Shown here piece by piece: positions 55,557 to 64,000 of a DNA stretch of 64,000 bases; the first letter of the stretch is position 1, and each line of letters begins with the position of its first letter. The DNA lies in the NCBI RefSeq assembly GCF_006345805.1, contig NC_043017.1, positions 26,536,001 to 26,600,000 on the forward strand. Reading direction: 5' to 3'. The DNA comes from Octopus sinensis (lineage: Eukaryota). Both the position numbers and the translations under genes were made by a program. The notes below the pieces were generated by a model. It did no database searches and had not been told where the DNA came from. It worked only from the letters and a program-made list of their open reading frames with translations.

Positions 55557-55588
<32 letters not shown>

Positions 55589-55682
55589 AATAATAGTAAT
55601 AGTAATAAAATAATAATAATAATAATATAATAATAATGATAATAATAGTAATGCTAATAAAATAAAAATAATAATAATAATA

Positions 55683-55714
<32 letters not shown>

Positions 55715-55730
55715 GATGATGATGATGATG

Positions 55731-55778
<48 letters not shown>

Positions 55779-55840
55779 TAATAGTAATAATAATAATAAT
55801 AATAATAACAACCACAATAATAATAATAATAATAATAGTA
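55465..55840. repeat. (AAT)/(GAT) compound array
   Basis: Direct inspection. Confidence 0.97.
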
Positions 55841-56612
55841 ATTTAATGTGAAATGCGCGAGGAAACGTGTGTGTGCGTGCTTGCGTGCGTGTGTGTGTGT
55901 GTCTGTGAGTGTGTGTGTGTGAATTAACCGAATGGGATAAGAGTGTGATATTGATCCGTTATTTTTCATCGATTATGAAAATAACTGTTGTGACAGTAGA
56001 GTTTCATGCTGGAATGATCTCGAGACAGCGCTGTTTGCTGTCTGAAGAATTCATCTAGCGTGAAACTCTGACTGACAACCGTTATATATTCAAATTGCCG
56101 AACGTTTATCTACTTGCCGACTAACAATACATGTAGCATTCTTTCTATTAATTCTTTCAAACAATAACAATAGATATAGTATATTTCATTCGGTGTTAAA
56201 GTGTCTGCACTATAGACAGAGAAGTTCAGACGTCAAAATCATTGCAAACACGCAAAGATTCTCTTCATCGAACTGAGCTTGTGTGATTTAGTACGATACT
56301 TGGCATAATAAATATAGAAAATAACGGCTATTATTGCAGAGGCTTACATTATGAGGTCAGTGCATCGAAATGCTCTAGAAAAAAAGATTTCCAATTAACA
56401 TTAAATAGCAAAAAGACATATAAACTTTACAGGAATGCACGTTTCTGTTTAAACCAAGATAATGTTAATGCCGGCCGACATATTATCCAATACACTCTCA
56501 CTCACACTTCAATCTTCTTTTGCTTCGAGGAGGGAGTTCTCTGTTCTGACTTGGTATTTAAAGAGCAGCTATCTCTCTCTCTCTCTCTCTCTCTCCCTCT
56601 CTCTCTCTCTAT

Positions 56613-56981
56613 CTCTTTGCTCTTTACTCTTTTACTTGTTTCAGTCATGTGACTGTGGACATGCTGGAGCACCGCCTTTAGTCGATCAAAACGATCCCAG
56701 GACTTATTCTATGGTCCTTCTTGCCGAACCGCTAAGTTACGGGGACGTAAACACACCAGCATCAGTTGTCAAGCGATGTTGGGTGACAGACACAGACACA
56801 CAAACACACACACACACATATACATATATAAGATGGGCTTCTTTCAGTTTCCGTCTACCAAATCCACTCACAAGGCTTTGGTCGGCCCGAGGCTATAGTA
56901 GAAGACCCTTGACCAAGCTACCACGCAGTGGGTCTGAACCCGGTGGTTGTTAAACAAGCTACTTACCACACAGCCACTCCT
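56613..56981 (-). mobile_element. SINE family A, near full length
   Basis: Colinear with 2286-2685. Confidence 0.9.
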
Positions 56982-58375
56982 ACGTCTATGTGATTTGAGG
57001 GATATTTGTCTACTGTTGCAAATAAATAGACGCGTATATCTATAGGTCCAATGGTGACGCTGAATGAACAAGGGTGAATAAAAGAGGAGGAAGTCTCATA
57101 ATTTCCTGTTGGTACTAAATGTTTATGGCATGTATGTGCACTTATAAATATATAGATCTAATTAAACATTTTGTTACAGAGATACATTGGTATCATAAAT
57201 AAACACGAAAAATGTTTCCTCATAAAAAGTACGATCCGCTCTGATGGTCATACAAAGAGAAAGCAGTTTGAGAAGAAACTAGAAACTCCAAAATGTGCAT
57301 TGAAGTGTTAGGTGATGATTTCTTCAGAAGCGTAAATCCCCATAAATAATTCACTCACACATATACACCTCGTCGTGCATATGTCGATAAACATACACAC
57401 ACAGATACTGTGTGTGTGAGTGTTTGTCGGAGAGAGAGAGGCACAAACACACACACAGGAAATGTGCGGAAACAAGTGAGTATATGTATTAATGTTCCTA
57501 TATCTGTATACTTAAATGTGTGTATAGATATGTGTGTGTACGCGCATGTGTATATACGCGCGTGTGAATGCGCTCGAATATCTGTGTATATAGTTTCGTA
57601 GACAAACTCACGAACAGACATACATCTATGTAAAGAGGAATGTAGAAGACAGCGATGGAATAATATATCTAGTCCTTAGTAGAATTTTCCCGTTGGACTT
57701 TATTTTCTATGCTGGTATATCTTCATAAATATTAATTGTTTTTTTTTCCCTTCTTACCCGCCCTCGCCATTAAGTATCGTAATCATATTTTAATTCAAAG
57801 AAAGGAAAAACGAGAAAATAATACATTTCCGTGATATTGGAACTTTTCGGTTTGAACGGCAGTTTTTTAAAATAATTTTCACGTAACTAAACACTTTTAA
57901 ACTTCGTATACTGGTAGAATGTGTTTATCAAACATCTTTTTCTCTTGGCTTTATTGAGAAAATTCTATTATTTGTAATATATTTGTTGTGCTTTTTTCTT
58001 CAATTTCTGCAATTTGAACCAATCAATGACGGCTATGGAGGGACGTCACTCACTGTATTTTGTCATCGGGAAAGGTGCTTGCTGTAATCTGATAAGTGCA
58101 AACACACTGGGCCTTTTTGCAACGCTCCTTAATGAGAGTATTGTACATATGGGCTCCAAAGCATTTACTTTCTATATATTCAGCAACAGAGACCTGAAAG
58201 GCAAGCAATGCGAACGGGCACGAGAGATAGGTTCCGCTTATTATATTCCCTTCATCGTATAACGACGGGTTGCACTCTGTCTCTCTTTGTCTCTGTCTGT
58301 CTCTCGCGCTCTTCTTCTCTTTGCATACATACATACACACATACATACATACACACACACATACATACATATATA

Positions 58376-58429
<54 letters not shown>

Positions 58430-58437
58430 ATATATAT

Positions 58438-58638
58438 ATAATATGTTACAATTATTCAATAGTCAAGATAAAACTCTGAGTTTCGGATGCCGTAGTGGAA
58501 ATCCACAACACCATCTCTTCGGTTATCTGGGCATCTGAAAAACGCTATGATATCCGAAGAGATGGTGTTGTGGATTTCCACTTCAGCATCCGAAACTCAG
58601 AGTTTCATCTTGACTATTGAATAACTGTAACATATTAT
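58438..58638. repeat. Inverted repeat (~90-bp arms, 21-nt spacer) made of two divergent HHR-like cassettes (family 3)
   Basis: 58438-58527 is the reverse complement of 58549-58638. Confidence 0.92.
58467..58527 (-). ncRNA. Type-I hammerhead-like fold with U4C core (family 3)
   Basis: GAUAA-CCGAAGA-[GAUG...CAUC]C-GAAA-CUCAGA-GUU-UUAUC: perfect 5-bp helix I, long helix II, helix III ACUC-A-GAGU. Confidence 0.55.
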
Positions 58639-58930
58639 TTATAGATAAATTTCCTCTATTTACATAATATCGAGGTCTCTTTCTTTTTTTCTTTCGTTAT
58701 CTTACCGTTTTTACCAATATATATATATATATATATATATATAAGTAGTTGAATGAATTATCCTAGTATGGATAATTCGGTTAACCGATACCCGGGTAGC
58801 AATTTACGTCAGAAATCACGATTGAAGCTACATGCCAAGGGCAGAAATCACGTGCTTTCGTGTGGAAATTTGTGTGTTTTTTTTACTATAAATAAATGAA
58901 AGAATGGAGTCGAACGACGATTTAACAAAA

Positions 58931-59028
58931 TTCCTTTATTCTCGACATATGTTTCGAAGCCTGCATATTCTCAATTCCGAAGGAATAAAGGGTGCATTAT
59001 GCCGCCTTCTCATCAGAAAGACAAGGAA
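58931..59028 (-). ncRNA. Type-I hammerhead ribozyme (family 4), canonical core
   Basis: UUCCUUGUCUUU-CUGAUGA-GAAG...CUUC-GAAA-CAUAU-GUC-GAGAAUAAAGGAA; helix III is the perfect palindrome ACAUAUGU; predicted cut 58944/58943, AAUAAA 3 nt downstream. Confidence 0.8.
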
Positions 59029-59076
59029 CTTATGTCAGCATCATGACGAACAAAAACAGTCATCTAAAAGTTTTAC

Positions 59077-59175
<99 letters not shown>

Positions 59176-60299
59176 GTATCTATGTATGTATATCACTGCA
59201 CTGCATCTCTGCATCATTCCTGCATCATTCCTTAGATGATCACGTGTATAGCCCTACATTTATTTGTTAATATAACGTGTGATTGTTGACTGAAAAACAA
59301 ATTATGTTTTAATGCATGTTTAATATCTGTTTTATGACGCAGAATTCCTCTTTTCATTTCTAGATATCGATCATGTTTTTATAATATGATAATTGCTTTT
59401 GTTAAATTTATATTTACTCTGTAGCTATTTGTATTTGTAGACTTTATATATCACGAAGACAGAAAATTTTGTTTTCCGATAATATCTCTGAAACATTACA
59501 GAAGAATCAATTGTAATTTGGAAGTAATGTTTATTATTTCATATAAGTTACTCTGCAAAGAAAATATATTCATATATATCTTTTGTGTATATTCTTAAAG
59601 CGTATACTGTACATAACAAATTGTAAATTGTTTTCATATTTTCCTTCGATTTAATGTAAAACAACATGAAATCTACCCAAAATTAATAAGGCCTCTTTAA
59701 AATGATATGGATATATTTTCAAGACGTTTATAAATATTTTATGATTTTAGTTGCCATGCTTCTTGGAAATAGATTATGATTCTTCGAGACTCTAAAGCTC
59801 CACGAATATGTGCTTCAGTAAATATAAACTGGTTAGTGGATTACACCTCAAATGTGACATGTAGTATAATGAGTACGGGTTTGCATTTAGTAGAAATGAG
59901 AGATATCTGTATTTACGATCCAGATATTAAAATTTTAAATGTAGAGGAATTGTTGGACACAGTGTGGATCCACTGTTGTTATCGTTAGACCTAACTCATC
60001 GTAAAGTCAATACCACCATGACCGATATCTAAACTACAATGGAGAAAGTTAGGCACTGGATTTGGTTAAAAAGAGATGATGAGCGATGGCTAGAAGAATA
60101 TTGAGCTTTATTTGGTAATCAGCTGTTCTAGCAAGCGGGGCCGGTGCGCATTGATGCCGTCGAGAGGTAGGCCTCGAAACGGCGCGCATACTCCCCTGAT
60201 GACCCCATACACTTGCTGGCTTCCGGTATGCGAAGTTTTTGACTGGTACCACTTGCATGTGCAAGTTGTTTGCGAGACATATTTACGATCTAGCTAAGG

Positions 60300-61145
60300 G
60301 CGTAATTGAAAATATAAAAGAGTGTAAATTGAATCCGACTCATCAATGGAAGGTTGTTACATATGAGAAACGCTTTTACACTTAATGTTTGTGAAGAGAG
60401 GGAAAGTTTACTTTTCGATACCTCTGGTGTTACAGGAAAGACAGTTGTAATGAATTTACTTCTTACTACAGACTGCCAGCTGAATCAAATTTCCTTTGCT
60501 GTTTCATCTTCTGGAGTTGCAGCTACCGTCCTCGATGGCCTAAGAACTGCTCATTCCATGTTCAAGCTCCCTCTAAATTCTGCATTGAAAAAATCTCAAA
60601 TGTAAAACATTTCCCAAAGCTTTGAAATGGCAACAGTTCTCCAACAAACACATTGATTGGGATGAGTGCACTATACCACACCGTGTAGCTCTAGAGGTAC
60701 TTGACCTTTACTTCCAATGCATAGAAAATAGCAAGCTCACGGGATGAGTAACATTTTTCCTTGCAAGTTATTTTCGCCAAACTTTGCTGTTTTCCTCAAA
60801 GGATCAAGAGCTGATGAGACCAATGCTTGCTTAAAAATGTCGACATATTAGATATATGTGAAACAAGATTCATCTTACAGTCAACCTGTGAGTACTTCTA
60901 CAAGGGGATAATATAGATGGTTAATTCTCAGTAGAGATTTTCTCGACTGGTAATGAGATATTAACATTGAAACCAAGGCTTGAGCTACATAAAATTACAT
61001 GCGGTCAAATGGTACTTTCTCTTAGGTATCTTACGGATAAAGTATTTCCTAATATACCTGTCAATTACACTCCTATAAACCTGTTATGCGAAAGGGCTAT
61101 ACTGGCTCCAACTAATGAAATGTTTGATAACTTCAATTATGAATT
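60300..61145 (+). pseudogene. Helitron RepHel PIF1-type helicase remnant
   Basis: DTSGVTGKT (Walker A), AVSSSGVAATVLDGLRTAHSMFKLPL, WDECT (Walker B), FRQTL, RADETNACLK, CERAILAPTN; stops and frameshifts. Confidence 0.9.
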
Positions 61146-61158
61146 TCTTCAAAAGTTA

Positions 61159-61192
<34 letters not shown>

Positions 61193-61466
61193 GTAATAGA
61201 TTTTTTCCACTTTCCTTTTATGAAATCCACCCACACTTCACTCTGAGACAGAATGATACAACGGCTCTTTCCCAAATGCCGACGAGTGGGATTCAAATCA
61301 AAACTGCATTTTTCAAAAGCAACTTTCTTTACCTAAACAGCCATCGTTGAATAAACGATATGCTATTTTCTCACAAACTGATATTTCTATTGTACGATGT
61401 CCCTAGTGCATAAATAGTTTTAAATTACGTAGTTTGTAACTAAACGTTGTGGAAACGACGCAAAAG

Positions 61467-61516
<50 letters not shown>

Positions 61517-61836
61517 CTGTGGAATCAATTATACTATATTGTGATTTCACCACGCTTGCATGAAAGGATTCTTAAATCTTGTATTATTCACGGTGTGGCT
61601 ATGTATAAAAAGTTTTCTATGCTTATAAGATGGATTCGATTTGCGTTTACGATCACAATGTCTAGACAGGAGTTTCCTTCAAATTTCTTTTTACAGTAAT
61701 GTCAGGAGACGGGTGAATACATTTCATGTCGCATGAAATATTTTCAATTCCATTTTAGATTTTCATTCACAGACTTGAGCAGTCAGCCGGAAATTGATTC
61801 CAGGTTGATTATATATATATATATTATATATATATA

Positions 61837-61880
<44 letters not shown>

Positions 61881-62534
61881 TATACATTACATAACACATA
61901 CATGGCACACACACACGCATATATATATATACGCATACATATATACATACATGCATATATATATATTTATCCATGTCTACATACAATTGAATATAAGTAT
62001 ATGCATTTATATATGCATATGAATATACATATATATTCATATATATATATATACATACATATATATATATAAACACATACATGAATGTAAATCTATATAT
62101 ATGTATATATGTGCACATATATATGAATATAAGTATATACATTTATATATGTATATGAATATACATATACATGCATATATATACACAATTATGTATGCGT
62201 GTATGTGCATCTCTCCCTCTACATATATATATATATATATACATATATATATGTATATATATATATATACACACACATGAATGTATGTATGTACATGTGT
62301 ATATAAGTATTTTCGTATTTATATAATGGTAAATAAATCGCAACACTGCCTTTAAAGAGTCTTGCGCAAATACTTTAGAAAATAGAGTGACGACATCCGT
62401 TTGTAAATGTGTTTTGGTTCATATTGCATTGGTAGACTTTACTTTGTAATATCAATAGAAATGTAAAATTAATTGCACCCTGTTATAAATCACCATTTCT
62501 TTTGAACAAATGTTTTTGTTACTGTGATTAGCTT

Positions 62535-62593
<59 letters not shown>

Positions 62594-63029
62594 TATATAT
62601 ATAGCTATGTGTATGTGCTTATGTATATATAGAAATACACAACGTGAGAATGTGCGTTTGTAAAAGAAATTCTTTGGCACCGATTTGTGCGTACGTTGTA
62701 CATACATGAATACTTACATACAGAGATAGATAGCTAAATGTGTACATATAAAGAAAAAGAGGGAGAGAGAGAGAGTGAAAGGCAGAGAGAAAGAGAGAGA
62801 GAGAGAGAGATGATTACACTAAATTTGGGTGAAACACCGAATTGCTTACGTATATGAAATAATAAAAATACTTCAAATTTGCCTTCAAGCTAGCAAGAGG
62901 TCTGTCTCACCATTACATCATCTTGCGTTTTCTAAACATAAAATTCTTTGACGTATAATTTCATAGTTTTTGACAAATGTTATCTAATTTCCTCAAATTC
63001 TAATGAAATTCCAATCCATCGATATATTT

Positions 63030-63480
63030 ATATATTGGGTCAAAATGAAGGTAATTAAAGTTCTTTCTTTAATCTAAAATATACTCTTCCTCATTTTCTA
63101 CAAGGCTCCTCTTCCAATAATAACTTCTCCGTGACGAAAAATGCTCCTGCAGTACTCTTCCGACAAGAGGGGACGATATCCGGTGACTATTGTGGGTGGG
63201 GAATTGTTACATATTCAAACATCACCGGCATTTGGAACGTCATCCTCTTAGTATGGAGTCTAAAATGATCATGATGATTGACCACTTTTCGTCTTTAAAC
63301 CAAAGGTGGTCGATTTTTATTTCGTTGACTTGAATGTCTAGCTGAACGTCCGAATCCAAGCTTCTCTGCTAGTTCCTCAACAGTTACGATGGCATCTTTC
63401 TCCACCAGGATTTGCATAATTTAATCGGCGACATTTCAGTCGGACAAACAATATGTTTACTAACAAAACTTATTAGTTTA
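63030..63480 (-). mobile_element. mariner remnant, internally deleted
   Basis: Minus strand ILVEKDAIVTVEELAEKLGFG (HTH) and IPHPQ*SPDIVPS (PHPPYSPDLAPS); TIR-like tattgggtcaaaatgaaggtaatt near 63033. Confidence 0.65.
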
Positions 63481-63622
63481 ACCGATCACTGACAAGAAAT
63501 GTTGGACAGTTGAAACAAAAATAGTGGAAGAACAGTACTAGGTTCAAATAATTGTCGAAACTATTCAGTCCACAAGAACGAATATACTAGTTCCTTGTGC
63601 ATATTTTTTTTACTTTATATGG

Positions 63623-63657
<35 letters not shown>

Positions 63658-63837
63658 GCTATATATATATATGCTATATATATATATGCTATATATATAT
63701 ATATAATATATATATATATATAATATATATATATATATATAACGGGAAGCTTTATGAAAATAAACAAAAGACGAAGGCAGGTGGAGTACAAACAAACAAT
63801 TGTATTACTATGGCGCTCAGGAAATAAATAAAACAAG

Positions 63838-63875
63838 TCTTTTACGTTTCGAGCCTACGCTCTTCGACAGAAAGA
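63838..63875 (-). ncRNA. Minimal type-I hammerhead-like fold with A6U core variant (family 6)
   Basis: UCUUU-CUGUCGA-A-GAGC[GUAG]GCUC-GAAA-C-GUA-AAAGA; 5-bp helix I, ACGU palindrome; within a TA-flanked cassette 63740-63950. Confidence 0.55.
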
Positions 63876-63958
63876 TACACAGAAAAAACACGGGGAGAAA
63901 CAAGGAGAGAAAAAAATGCGTGCAGAAGCTAGCGATTCAATATGGTCATATATATATG

Positions 63959-63990
<32 letters not shown>

Positions 63991-64000
63991 ATATATATAT

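Noticed and set aside
56030-56085. CUGAAGA...GAAAC motif
   Set aside because: The only good helix consumes the GAAA box and no helix I forms.
60150-60240. CCGUCGA-GAGG/CCUC-GAAAC and nearby CUGAUGA as hammerheads
   Set aside because: The first has two core changes and no helix III/I closure; the second ends GAAG and lacks the 10.1-11.1 pair.
177-63836. Dozens of I/Y/H/C-rich, poly-I, poly-L and poly-N ORFs in the track
   Set aside because: They are translations of (TA)n, (CA)n and (AAT)n arrays, which lack stop codons in some frames; no protein features.
1-64000. CRISPR array or prokaryotic operon
   Set aside because: No regularly spaced repeat-spacer units and no dense long ORFs; the sequence is eukaryotic repeat-rich DNA.

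Overview
AT-rich, repeat-saturated eukaryotic DNA with no recognisable host protein-coding gene. It is probably intronic or intergenic. The mix of tRNA-derived SINEs, LINE remnants and dense (TA)n/(AAT)n arrays looks like an octopus (cephalopod) genome, which is an inference from repeat style only. Almost all ORFs in the supplied track are microsatellite artefacts. Identifiable content: decayed Tc1/mariner elements (five), a hAT-like transposase remnant, a Helitron helicase remnant plus two non-autonomous Helitrons, RTE-, CR1/L2- and L1/Tx1-like LINE 3' remnants, and several SINE families, some with clear TSDs. The main unexplained signal is a set of type-I hammerhead ribozyme (HHR) folds from at least five unrelated short cassette families sitting in or beside microsatellites. 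Three copies have a complete catalytic core (36069-36159 +, 51543-51588 -, 58931-59028 -). All have a tiny palindromic helix III, as in Penelope-type minimal HHRs. Some occur as divergent inverted pairs, and one lies downstream of a tRNA-like Pol III promoter. All structures were read by eye, and activity and novelty are untested.
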